A stretch of 64,000 nt of DNA, from contig NC_089432.1 in NCBI RefSeq assembly GCF_026210795.1, forward strand, positions 2,976,001 through 3,040,000, given 5' to 3'. Source of the stretch: Rhizophagus irregularis (Eukaryota). This document shows positions 13,239 to 22,925 of the stretch, piece by piece. Each line of letters opens with the position of its first letter. Position 1 is the stretch's first letter. The position numbers were made by a program, and so were the translations under genes. The notes beneath the pieces were generated by a model. That model searched no databases, had not been told where the DNA came from, and worked only from the letters and a program-made list of their open reading frames with translations.

Positions 13239-14775
13239 CCCTATAAGAAATATGTATACGGAAAGGATACGTTTTGTATACATTTTATGTATGTTTCTAT
13301 AGATTCCGTATACAAATTCCGTATATTTAATAAGCAATTCATTTTTGAACATTTTTTAAAAAAACTGATGTATACGAAATGTATATGGAAAAAATTAATC
13401 ATACGGAATGTATACGGAATTTTTAAACTTAAAATAATTTTACAAAAATCTCGTATCATAATACGAGATCACGTGATTGTTTATTGTTTTGTTATGATAC
13501 GTTTTTTGTTTTTTATATATAAACCCTTACTTTGATGAGTTTGATCTTCAGATCTTCCTTTCTGTCTTCTCTTTTCTCTTGTCTTATTTTTGTTATTTTT
13601 TCTAAATTTTTCTTCTTTTTTCGTCACCCCCCTTTTAAAAAAAAATTTTTTTTTTCGTACCTCACTTTAAAATTTTTTTTTTTCATCACTCTCCTTTAAA
13701 AAAAAATTTTTTTTTTGATTTTATTCTTTTATTCCCACTCTTCTTTTTTTTAAAAAAAATTTTTTTTCTATTTCTATTTCCTTTTTATAAAAAATTTTTT
13801 ATTTTTCTAACTTTGACGTCCTCCCTTTAAAAAAAGAATTTTTTTAACTTTCCTAACTTCGTTACTCTTTTTAAAAAAATTTTTTTTTTGATTTATTCTT
13901 TATTCCCCTTTCTTTTTTATTTATATTTATCTCTTTTTTTATTTCATAGGCCAGCAGATTTTTTTTTGTGAGAAGATTCAGTTTCTTTTTTCTTTTTTGT
14001 AGATCAGTTTGGGAGTCCTTTCCTTTTTGTAGGATTGTTTAGGATTTTTTTCTTTTTTTAGGTCAGTTCAAATTTTCTTTTTTTTTTTTTTTGTAAGTTG
14101 GGTTCAGATTCTTTTCTTTTTGTAGGTTGTTTCAGTTTTGTTGCTTCAGAGTCTTCTTTTTTTGTAGGTCAGTTTTGGATTTATTTTGTTGTTTTGGTTT
14201 CTTTTTCATCAGATGCTTCATAATTCTTTTCATTTATGTAGGTCAGACATTCTGGAGTTCTCTTTCTTTTTTTGTAGGAATGCTGACCTTTGGTGACTTG
14301 GACGATTGCAGATACTATATGAAGGGGGGTTTTGTTTCCAATTAAGTTAGAAGTTCTTATGTTTCTTTTTTTTGTTTTTTTAGGTTGTTTGACTCCAAAT
14401 GAACCTGAACTTATAGATAATTTTGGTTGCAATAGGTGGTTTTAATAAGGAGGAATTTTCATAATGTATTTGTATTTTGTTTATTTTTTATTTTTTATTT
14501 AATTTAATAAAGTAAAATTAGATTTATGTAAATATAATTATAGTAAACTGTAATACAAATAGTAAATTCAGTGACCAAATTGTATAAATTTCGTGATAAA
14601 ATCAGTGATCAAATCATGTAAATTCCATATGAATTCCGTGCAAATTCCGTATCCAAACCATATTTTTAGTGATACGGAATTGTGCATTTTTCCGTATCCT
14701 ATTATGATACGTTATTTCTAAGGAAAAAAATCGTATAAAAACTTTATAAAAAACGTATCCAATTTTTTTATAGGG
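13239..14775. mobile_element. Non-autonomous CCCTA-ended (CMC/EnSpm-like) element with 3-bp TSD TAG, nested in a ~100 bp element with the same ends (13185-14825)
   Basis: tag|CCCTATAAG...TTTTATAGGG|tag. The empty site (ggaatagaaaaatg, reverse complement) is visible in the duplicate near 51915. Confidence 0.88.
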
Positions 14776-14936
14776 TAGAAAAATGATCATTTATCGGGGG
14801 TTTTCCCAGAATTTTTTTTATAGGGCATTAAACTTCTTTAGCCCGGCGTGCCATATTACTAACTTTGCAATACGCAATTTTATTTATATTAAATTCTAAA
14901 ATTAATCCGCACTAAGAAATTTCTATTATTTTAACA

Positions 14937-15080
14937 ATGTCTAATAATGCTGAACTTAAGTTACTGGTAATTCAATTAAGTGGATTAATTGGATTAAAAA
15001 AGCTATTGCGAAAGCACATTAAATATTACGATTACCAATATTTTAATAATATCCAAGAAATTGGTTTCGGAAGTTTTGAA
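14937..15080 (+). pseudogene. 5' fragment of a TKL kinase gene, truncated at the junction with the Polinton-like element
   Basis: Reads ...KHIKYYDYQYFNNIQEIGFGSFE, homologous to exon 1 of the kinase starting at 63313; frameshifted and cut off at 15080. Confidence 0.75.
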
Positions 15081-15390
15081 GTTCGTGGCCAGAAAACTCT
15101 TCCCAAATAATGCAGCATATACTGCTAAGATAGCAAAGATTCGTGAATCATACAAAAATAAACAAGCTCTTTTAGACAAACTTGAGGCCCTCTTCGAGTT
15201 GTATTATAATGTAACTAAGGACTCATTAACAGGTCCTCCAAAGCAAGCTGTCACTATGAATGAGGCTGAGAAAACATTAGCAGAACTTCTTGCATAAGCG
15301 GCTCCTGTACAAATTTAGTTTATATTTTTTATCCATTTGTAATGGGCATACAGTAATTGAAGATGGCTATAGTATAAGTAACATAACATC

Positions 15391-15807
15391 ATGTTGGACC
15401 GATTACCAGTAGAAATAGTCGAACGCATTGTTGCAAAGATCCCAGATACTGACCTTATTGCAGCGAGTAAAGTAGATAGTGTGTGGTGGCAGGAGGTTCG
15501 TCAAGAAGTATATAAGAGATGGAAAAATTACGCTACTACAATTGGGCATGTCCAAGCTCTTGGAAAGCCGTTTGAAAAAGGGAATATTGACTGGATATCA
15601 TTTGAAGATGTAAACGACTTCTATAAAAGATGGATAGACCGCCTCACCGAGGATCAGCTTTATATTATAGAGAAAATGCTTAGAAATGGGATGGTCGTGG
15701 ACCCCCAAGAGAGGGAAACCATAGAGCATGCATTAAGTAAACAAAGATGGGGAGGCGACCCTTGGGGACTGAACTGGGAGTGGAACAAATGGACTCAACA
15801 GGAGTAG
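15391..15807 (+). CDS. Small F-box-like protein
   Basis: N-terminal LDRLPVEIVERIVAKIPDTDLIAASKVDSVW fits the F-box pattern LPxExxxxIxxxL..L....V...W. Confidence 0.7.
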   Translation: MLDRLPVEIVERIVAKIPDTDLIAASKVDSVWWQEVRQEVYKRWKNYATTIGHVQALGKPFEKGNIDWISFEDVNDFYKRWIDRLTEDQLYIIEKMLRNGMVVDPQERETIEHALSKQRWGGDPWGLNWEWNKWTQQE

Positions 15808-15814
15808 CTTATTT

Positions 15815-16012
15815 ATCAGGTATCCTCATATTTCTCGACAAGGACTGATGACCATGTAACCTTATCATCAGGTATCCTCATATTTTTTTACAAGGATTGA
15901 TGACCATGTAACCTTATCATCAGGTATCCTTGCATTTTTTAATAAGGACTGATGACCATGTAATCTTATCATCAGGTATTCTTGTATTTTTTGATAAGGA
16001 CTGATGACCGTG
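15815..16012. repeat. 52-bp tandem repeat, about 4 copies
   Basis: atcaggtat at 15815, 15867, 15919 and 15971; unit includes aaggactgatgaccatgtaaccttatc. Confidence 0.9.
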
Positions 16013-16074
16013 TCACTTGGTTATTGTAAATTGAAGGAAACTATTAGGTATGTAGACACATACAGAAAAAAGAC

Positions 16075-16653
16075 ATGTCTTACCCTTATATAGCTAACCC
16101 TATAACTGGACGTCCAATTATTATCGGTGGAGATACCTTTAATCGAATAGTTATGGAATCCCATGATTATATTGATGGAAGGCTTGTCCGTAGACAAACT
16201 GCACCTCCACCTGAAGAGCAATCTGTATATTTAAATACAGATACAGGACGTTATGTTCGACGTGGTACTAGAACATATCATGGACTGATTGAGAGTGACT
16301 ATGAGGTAGTTGAGGATTACTACCTTGTCCATTATGAAGAAGAGGCGCTTATAGAGAAAATCATCAATGAAACACGCTATAATGAGGAAAATCTTGATGG
16401 GCAGCGGTTAACTTTCAATGATATACAACAAATCAGGACTGCTATTCAGGCTGACCAAGATGAATATGATGATTTTATCTTACAGCAGGATATGACTGAT
16501 ATGACAACTATCGGTCCTTCCGGTCGTCCACAAACTTTGGAGGACCATACCCCGAGACTTGCAGAGCTTAATATTGAGTTGTGTAGGGAATGTCTCATGA
16601 CTGTAAGCCCAAGTGACTTAACGGACAAGTTGTGCAAGGACTGCTCCGAATAG
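16075..16653 (+). CDS. Hypothetical protein with two NPxTGR (2-cysteine-adaptor-like) motifs and a C-terminal CxxC-CxxC
   Basis: ANPITGRPIIIGGDTF, LNTDTGRYVRRGTRTY and CRECL...LCKDC. Confidence 0.55.
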   Translation: MSYPYIANPITGRPIIIGGDTFNRIVMESHDYIDGRLVRRQTAPPPEEQSVYLNTDTGRYVRRGTRTYHGLIESDYEVVEDYYLVHYEEEALIEKIINETRYNEENLDGQRLTFNDIQQIRTAIQADQDEYDDFILQQDMTDMTTIGPSGRPQTLEDHTPRLAELNIELCRECLMTVSPSDLTDKLCKDCSE

Positions 16654-16698
16654 TTACTTAATTTTGAATAATTCTTTTTTACATAAAGAAAGATAGCC

Positions 16699-17259
16699 AT
16701 GTCAACATCAATCGTAATAAACCAGTGCCAAAACTGTGGAGTAATCACTCCAAAAACAGCATATAGAGGATTATCCAGTGTATTATACAGACAGATTATA
16801 AAGAAGATTAGTGATGAGAATGATCCTCTACAAGCCTTGGGACTTGCTAGGGATAAGTTAGTTCAGATCATTCATCGGGGAAGTAATGTGGACTTTACAC
16901 GATTGTTTACACAAAGACTGGATATGAATATTATGGATGGAGAGCCATATGAAGATATTAGGAAGTGGCTTCTCGAACAGCTTATAGCCATAGGTTATGA
17001 CAGTGGAGAAATTGCTTTATATCAATTTCTAAGGGATACATATCCAGATGGTATTGACAAGCCTTTCACTACATTCTATGAGAACTATGTAAATCATATA
17101 AGTAATCCAATGACTAAGAACTTTGCTTCTCGTGCTTTAGGAGCAATAGGGTTGAAGGCTAAGATGTTAAGGATTGACTTTGAAGGCCGTAAAAAAAGTG
17201 CTATAATTCTTAGAGCTTCTGCAGACGAATTACTTGATATTCTCACAAGATACTATTAA
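16699..17259 (+). CDS. Hypothetical protein of the Polinton-like element
   Basis: 186-aa intronless ATG ORF with an N-terminal CxxC; its 3' end overlaps the convergent ATPase ORF. Confidence 0.6.
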   Translation: MSTSIVINQCQNCGVITPKTAYRGLSSVLYRQIIKKISDENDPLQALGLARDKLVQIIHRGSNVDFTRLFTQRLDMNIMDGEPYEDIRKWLLEQLIAIGYDSGEIALYQFLRDTYPDGIDKPFTTFYENYVNHISNPMTKNFASRALGAIGLKAKMLRIDFEGRKKSAIILRASADELLDILTRYY

Positions 17260-18466
17260 TCCCTACTTGTAATGCTCGACGGTCCATGTGGCTCTTAGAA
17301 AAGATTTGTAGAAGGACTTCAATACCTTCTATTATTTGTTTATTATCCAGAGGGCGACTAGACTTCAGGGCTTCATATCGGGAGAATAACTCCTTCACAT
17401 TCTCAGTTTTCAGAGTTTCAGTCTTTGCAGTCCTACCCTGTACTTTTGCTAAGAAATCCTGAAAGTCAGCTCCTATGGTCTTACCAGAGAGTCCATAAGC
17501 TTCCCGAAAGACATATTTAATCCAGGTATCTGCATTCTTGGCTAAGACACCAGGTACAAGTAAATGTTGACGTTCTTTAGGGGATGGAAATACCCGAGCA
17601 AATTCAATCAAGTGTCCACCTTTTTTTGCTTCAAATACAGCTTTCTGACCATAGGGACTAAACTTGGATCGAACTGTGATTGAACTGGGTTCAGACTGAG
17701 ATCGAACTGGATTCAAACTTGGATCAAACTGAGATTGAACTGAGATCGAACTAGAATTGAACTGAGATTGCTCTGTGATCGAACTGAGACTAGTATCCCA
17801 TCTTACTCGAATGGACAGTAGATCACTTTTGGACCGTCTAAGATCAAACACTACAAATTCACGTTGCAGAGTAAGATCATCAATTACTGGTGCTAATAAC
17901 TCTGATTCTTCTGTATATAGGCGGATGATTTTCTTGGTATCTGTAAGGCTCCCATGACCTCCATGCAGTGAGATGTAGTTAACATTTTCTCAAATAGCCT
18001 TAGGAATGGCAAAGAATCTTTGGGCTACATAAATACATGAAATATTTTTGTGTCGTCCATGTGTAAAGTAACCAGTGATGAGATCCTGGATTTTTTTAGG
18101 TGCATCCATCAGATCCTCGAAGATTACCACAGTAGCTTGAGTAGGGTCGAAGGAGTCAATCTCTGGAATCTCACTATGGGTTACTGCAGTGAATGGGATC
18201 TTCTCCTCTTCGAAAAAATCATGTACAACTGCCCACTTCGGCTCGTCAAGATATCTGCCAACTAAAAGTACTGCATCACATAGTACATACCAATTACCAT
18301 CCTCTTTTGCTTTCTTGTCACCCATTAACAAATTAATAATCATAGTTGTCTTACCTGAGTCTGAGCTACCTGCTACGGCTAATCGAAAGGGCCATGATGG
18401 AGCAAACTCATTGCCTTATCTTGAGTCGGTCGTGTACTCGTCCAAATTGTATACATAAAGATCCAT
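17243..18466 (-). pseudogene. A32/FtsK-HerA-type DNA packaging ATPase with two in-frame nonsense codons
   Basis: One frame from ATG 18466: MDLYVYNLD..R*GNEFAPSWPFRLAVAGSSDSGKTT (Walker A), VVIFEDL (Walker B), GRHKNISCIYVAQRFFAIPKAI*ENVNYI (A32 signature). Continues in frame into ORF 17243-17851. Confidence 0.88.
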
Positions 18467-18497
18467 TTGAATTTTATTCTAACTTAGTTTAAATACT

Positions 18498-19295
18498 ATG
18501 TCGACATCAACACCAATTCCAGTTTATACTCCTTCAGAACCTACTGGACCGCCTCCTGCACACTTGGTCAATGAAAAAGACGATGATGAATTAGTTAGAA
18601 TACTAAAGGCTCATGCAAATTTATTGACTACCAGGGGTCGTTTAACTGTTGATTCAGAGATACAGGAGGCAAATAATCAAATCAAACATATTATTAATAT
18701 ATTAATATATCGCTGTAAAGCAAAACATGAAGAACTTGGTATTACAAAAGATTTGTTAGTTTTTGCACAAGGTAAGATAAATGCATTTGATGAAACGTTT
18801 ACTAATTTAGAACGTCAATTAGTTATTATACGTGCTGCCAATGATAATTTCATAGAAGAAAACCATAACCTGCAAAGAGATTATGATACTATGGTAGAGC
18901 TTCGTCGACGGGCTATAGGTGAACGTAATCAGGCACGACATGAACATAATGTATTACAAGCAGATTATACTCAAGCAGTAAGGGATCGTAATGAGGCTCA
19001 AAATGCTGTGAATCGTGGTAATATCCTTTTAAATCATTGGCGGCTGAGGGCTACTCGGACTGGAGGACAACTTGTATTGGTTAATGCGCAACTTGGACAG
19101 GTTAATGCACAGCTAGCACATGCTAATAATAGGGTGCGTTTTGGGATTCAGACATTAGGGAGACTTAGAAATAGACTTTTTCAACAGATAGCTGCTTTTA
19201 GAATTCAGGTACAATGGTTTCGAATTAGACAATTGAACCCTCCTCCACCTCTTTTAAACAATCCACTAGAGACGATATGGCTACCACTGCGATAG
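18498..19295 (+). CDS. Coiled-coil protein, probably the N-terminal half of the Gag-like protein (frameshift near 19268)
   Basis: Heptad-like Q/N/R/E-rich segment ending in NPPPPLLNNP and overlapping the Gag start. The paralog at 23440-24739 has the equivalent junction in one frame (LQNNPPIIQQPIMAGYAPKKF). Confidence 0.65.
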   Translation: MSTSTPIPVYTPSEPTGPPPAHLVNEKDDDELVRILKAHANLLTTRGRLTVDSEIQEANNQIKHIINILIYRCKAKHEELGITKDLLVFAQGKINAFDETFTNLERQLVIIRAANDNFIEENHNLQRDYDTMVELRRRAIGERNQARHEHNVLQADYTQAVRDRNEAQNAVNRGNILLNHWRLRATRTGGQLVLVNAQLGQVNAQLAHANNRVRFGIQTLGRLRNRLFQQIAAFRIQVQWFRIRQLNPPPPLLNNPLETIWLPLR

Positions 19296-20731
19296 GATTG
19301 CCGATTTTTGAGGGTAAAGCTACTGATGATATTGATACATTTGTTAGGCTTTATATGGGTTATCTTGATACTATTAATCTTAACCCATACGCTGCTGGAG
19401 GGCCACCAGAGTCTTGGAAAAGAGCTATGGGTATACTTAGAAGCTGCATGGCTGGTGAAGCGGCTGAATGGTTTGATCGAGAAATTACAGGAAAAAATTG
19501 GGAACTTTCTGGTATCACTTCAGCTGGTGGAGCTAATTTAGCTGCTTTTGTAGCATTAGTAATACCAGAAGGTGCAGGAGGACCAAATGCAGGTACCTAT
19601 GTAAATGGGTCTGAAGCACGGACTTATGCTACAGATCCAGTTAATGCATTAGTAACTATTAGAGCAGCATTTATTCCTACTCATGATTTAATAGGTGGAA
19701 ATAAAGCTTGGGGAAGAGCTGGTGCTCGTCCGACAGATAGAGTTGCTCCAGCTACTGCAGATGCTGGTGTTGCTGCTGCTAATAATCATCCTATAGTTTT
19801 TCCAGGTATTAAACCTAACCAGGCGCTTTATTGGCTTAGAACACAATTTCCAACTATTTTAGATGAAAAGAAACGTATCCGTTTTAACAGTCTTTATCAG
19901 GAAAATGAGCCAGTTGATGCATTTTATAGAACTGTAAAGAGAGCTGGAAAATTACTAAAACTAACTGATGATCTTATTATTGACCAGTTCTTTAGAGGTC
20001 TTTCGGCTGATAATATTTTTGAAGCAGAAAGGTTTAGTAATCTTAATCCTGATGACTTGGTTAAACATCTGAGAAATTTAGAACGGAGAAGGGCTAAAAT
20101 GCGCTTGGGGTTACAAGATAGAAATCGACGACTTCAAGCAGATTACAGTGATGTAACTCAACCTCCGTTAGGAAAACAGGAACCTGTCGTACTGACATCA
20201 AAGTCATCTGGGGTTACTCAAGAACAATTACAAGAGTTACTTAAGACTCAAGCTGAGGAACTTACCAAGAATTTTCAGGTGCAATTTAAACAATTACAGG
20301 CTCGGCCAGTTCGTAATCCACCAGTCTATAGACAGCAGATTAAACCTGTTCGACCAAAACCACAGAGACGTGTTGTTCAGGATCCTCAGGATCCTGATTG
20401 GGATGATGGTTATGTAGATCATGATGTTGGTGATGATCCTGATGCTCCTGAATGGACTTTGGATGATCATCAAAATGCTATTGATCTTATTATGGGATAT
20501 AAACGTGGGACGTCTAAAATACTTACAAAACAACTTCAGAAGGCTAAAGATAGACGTGATGATCTGGATTTGGCCCGAGCAATGAGAAACCTCGATCTTA
20601 ATGATGATGCTATGGATATTGATACTGCGAGTTTTGGTGAAAAGGTAGAATTGAGAGAAAAAGATGGTGATGTCTATATGGTTCGTGTTGGGTCAAAAAA
20701 AAGTAGGTTCGAGTATCTCAAAACTTCTTAA
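19277..20731 (+). CDS. Ty3/gypsy-like Gag capsid-domain protein
   Basis: LPIFEGKATDDIDTFV (capsid N-terminal), CMAGEAAEWF, LYQENEPVDAFY (MHR-like) and DQFFRGL. Confidence 0.8.
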   Translation: MATTAIGLPIFEGKATDDIDTFVRLYMGYLDTINLNPYAAGGPPESWKRAMGILRSCMAGEAAEWFDREITGKNWELSGITSAGGANLAAFVALVIPEGAGGPNAGTYVNGSEARTYATDPVNALVTIRAAFIPTHDLIGGNKAWGRAGARPTDRVAPATADAGVAAANNHPIVFPGIKPNQALYWLRTQFPTILDEKKRIRFNSLYQENEPVDAFYRTVKRAGKLLKLTDDLIIDQFFRGLSADNIFEAERFSNLNPDDLVKHLRNLERRRAKMRLGLQDRNRRLQADYSDVTQPPLGKQEPVVLTSKSSGVTQEQLQELLKTQAEELTKNFQVQFKQLQARPVRNPPVYRQQIKPVRPKPQRRVVQDPQDPDWDDGYVDHDVGDDPDAPEWTLDDHQNAIDLIMGYKRGTSKILTKQLQKAKDRRDDLDLARAMRNLDLNDDAMDIDTASFGEKVELREKDGDVYMVRVGSKKSRFEYLKTS

Positions 20732-21443
20732 GTCGTCCCCAAATAAGACAGCAGTTAGCTCTTCTAGTGTGCCATTGAAAGGCAAAGCAACCCCTGTTAA
20801 GATTCCTGTGAAAGTTACTGGTAGTAAGTCTACACCTGCAAAAGCTGTTACTAAGAATGATTTATTAAGCCTGTTAAGGTCTGCAGACTTTAGGAAATTA
20901 CTCCGTGAGATTCTTCAGGAGGAGTTATTGTCTGCTAGAAAAGTCACAGAGATTCCAGAGGACCTAGTTGAGGAGGAACAAGAAGAGGATATCAGGGTAG
21001 ATGATCCTATGGATATTGACATAGCTCGTTTAGAGAATACTAAAGATCTTTTAGCATTGGATGGAGAGGTTAATGGAATAGCAATTCAGTGTTTAGCAGA
21101 CACTTGTGCTAATGCGTCTTTTATTCAGAGAGAAGCTGCTGAGGAATTAGGGTTGGATATTGACAAGAGTATTACATATAACATATCTGGTGCTTCAGGA
21201 ACAGGTAGGACATTCGGCATGGTAAAGGGAGTGACAATCAAACTTACCCCTGATTATGCTATCACTGAGGACCTTGCAGTCTTAAGTGGTTACAAGCATA
21301 GGGAAATTGGGTTAAGCCGAACGTGTCTGAAACGTTACAATTATGATGTCCATGAATCACGTGAACATATAGCCTTTACCTGTGATGGGAAGAATGTTTT
21401 TATCCCGATAGTTCCTGATGCTAATCGAGGGGATAAAAAATAA
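20694..21443 (+). CDS. Retroviral-type aspartyl protease, likely made by frameshift from Gag
   Basis: GEVNGIAIQCLADTCANASFI (DTG-like active site, here DTC), AEELGL, ISGASG flap and IGLSRTCL. Overlaps the Gag 3' end at an A8 run. The stop at 21443 is not followed by RT. Confidence 0.8.
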   Translation, partial: QKKVGSSISKLLKSSPNKTAVSSSSVPLKGKATPVKIPVKVTGSKSTPAKAVTKNDLLSLLRSADFRKLLREILQEELLSARKVTEIPEDLVEEEQEEDIRVDDPMDIDIARLENTKDLLALDGEVNGIAIQCLADTCANASFIQREAAEELGLDIDKSITYNISGASGTGRTFGMVKGVTIKLTPDYAITEDLAVLSGYKHREIGLSRTCLKRYNYDVHESREHIAFTCDGKNVFIPIVPDANRGDKK

Positions 21444-21468
21444 GACCCTTTAATTCTTCTATTTTTTT

Positions 21469-22596
21469 TTATTCCCAAAATTTGCGAATTAAGTCAGGGA
21501 CATATTCCTTCAACCGGTCAGCAGGTTCCCAAGTAGCCTCAGTGTCTGGATAGCGCTCCCACTTAACCAAATACTGGTCTTGACCTTTTCTAATGCGATG
21601 CCGAAGTATCTGCTCAGGAACAAATCTTTCAGGTTGTCCTCTTATCACAGAGTCAGGTGGAGGCTTTTCATTAATAGGAACTACTTGCAATTCCTTTCGG
21701 GTATATGCACATCTGGATACACCTAATCGACCATGTGGTCCATTAAGGAGATATGTAGGAGGCTGTTCGGGTGAGAGTATCATTTTTTTGATTACACGAA
21801 TGTTTGGGTTCCATCTTATGTCTCCTGTACGGAATTTTCCGTGAAGTTTATTACCGAGTACTGAGATAGGTTCATCTAACTTGACTCTGACACGTGCTCC
21901 TTCAGAGAGGACATCCGTCTTTTTTGACACTTTGGGTGATCCTGTCAGAATGTCTGGGGGATTTCTCTGCCAAAGTTCATTTACTTTACTCACTATATTA
22001 TGGAAATCTTCTGACCATTCCATGGATGTCACCCCGGTTTTCAACTCCTGTGCTACCATTCGTTTAAGAAGGGGTTCTTGGATGGCTTGGATAGCTCTTT
22101 CAGCATAAGATTGCTGTTTATGCCTTCCTGGCTCTCCGAACCTCATCATTACCCCTAGGCTGTTCAGGAAAAAATCACGTACCTGGTCGTTAGTGAATTC
22201 TGATCCGGAGTCTGTCTCCAGTCTGTGTGTTGGTGGCTTAATACGATTTCTTCTGTAGATTTTGATAAACCCGTTTAGAACTCTATTTGCAGTCTTATCC
22301 TTTAGGGGTTCTGCATCAACTCTCTTTCCTGCAACTTCCACCACTACGAGAAAATAGTGGAATCCTTTGGGGTCAACTGGCATCTCTGCAAGATCTGCCT
22401 GATGTGTTGCATTTGGTTTCCATACAATTACCTTTGGGCGTTCTGTTGACTTTTCCCTTAGAGGCTTTTTGTATAGGTTGTAGTGCTCTTCACCTTTTAG
22501 AATTCGTGCTGGTATTCCGGAGAGATTGTAGTATTTGTAATAATTCTCTAAATGCGACATATTACGACAAATTAAAGGAATGGTTTTAGACTTCAA
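21469..22596 (-). CDS. Polinton-type rve integrase with C-terminal chromodomain (likely ATG at 22560)
   Basis: HQADLAEM, ETDSGSEF and YAERAIQ (DDE); YTRKELQ; PEQILRHRIRKGQDQYLVKWERYPDTEATWEP (chromodomain). Confidence 0.92.
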   Translation of the reverse strand: MKSKTIPLICRNMSHLENYYKYYNLSGIPARILKGEEHYNLYKKPLREKSTERPKVIVWKPNATHQADLAEMPVDPKGFHYFLVVVEVAGKRVDAEPLKDKTANRVLNGFIKIYRRNRIKPPTHRLETDSGSEFTNDQVRDFFLNSLGVMMRFGEPGRHKQQSYAERAIQAIQEPLLKRMVAQELKTGVTSMEWSEDFHNIVSKVNELWQRNPPDILTGSPKVSKKTDVLSEGARVRVKLDEPISVLGNKLHGKFRTGDIRWNPNIRVIKKMILSPEQPPTYLLNGPHGRLGVSRCAYTRKELQVVPINEKPPPDSVIRGQPERFVPEQILRHRIRKGQDQYLVKWERYPDTEATWEPADRLKEYVPDLIRKFWE

Positions 22597-22604
22597 ATCT
22601 TAAA

Positions 22605-22925
22605 ATGACACGTTTTTACTGCCTAAAGTGCAAGAAGGAAACTGAGACGGCTAGTGAAATACAAGATATGACTACAAATGGGCGTTACCAGCTGCATGGT
22701 GACTGCACAATTTGTGGTATGCATAAGAATACTTTTACTGGAATAGACTGGGTGATCAAGAAGAAGACTAAGGAGAAAAAGAAAGAAACCGCTGCTAAGA
22801 GACAGCAGACGGCTTACAATCGGCAATGCAAAAAACTTGGACAGAAAATCTTAGATTCTGATGACGCGTGTAAACAGTGTATTGATAAATGCCTTAAGGA
22901 GGCAAAAAAGAGGAAGACGGATTAG
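22605..22925 (+). CDS. Small zinc-ribbon protein (DUF5679-like) with a basic tail
   Basis: FYCLKCKKETET...TTNGR...GDCTICGMHKNTF. Confidence 0.7.
   Translation: MTRFYCLKCKKETETASEIQDMTTNGRYQLHGDCTICGMHKNTFTGIDWVIKKKTKEKKKETAAKRQQTAYNRQCKKLGQKILDSDDACKQCIDKCLKEAKKRKTD

Larger units (their letters stand above)
11870..15080. repeat. Left copy of an inverted segmental duplication (partner 51612-53265)
   Basis: Near-identical reverse complement from aaatccttct to ggaagttttgaa. ORFs at 11922 and 52907 share HPRFWDVFNFTAGNIYLVYFFLLMHLNYF. Only this copy holds the insertion 13239-14775. Confidence 0.92.

Noticed and set aside
11922..14432. Short ORF-track ORFs in AT-rich and MITE sequence, and similar ones at 29921, 31223, 36083, 38510, 50544 and 59771
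   Set aside because: Low-complexity F/I/K/L-rich translations, often with non-ATG starts, inside repeats or on the antisense strand of real genes.
18498..22596. A nested Ty3/gypsy LTR retrotransposon (gag-pro-int-chromo)
   Set aside because: The integrase is on the opposite strand and Polinton-like. I see no RT, RNase H, LTR, PBS or TSD, and gene spacing is too tight. Not fully excluded without other copies.
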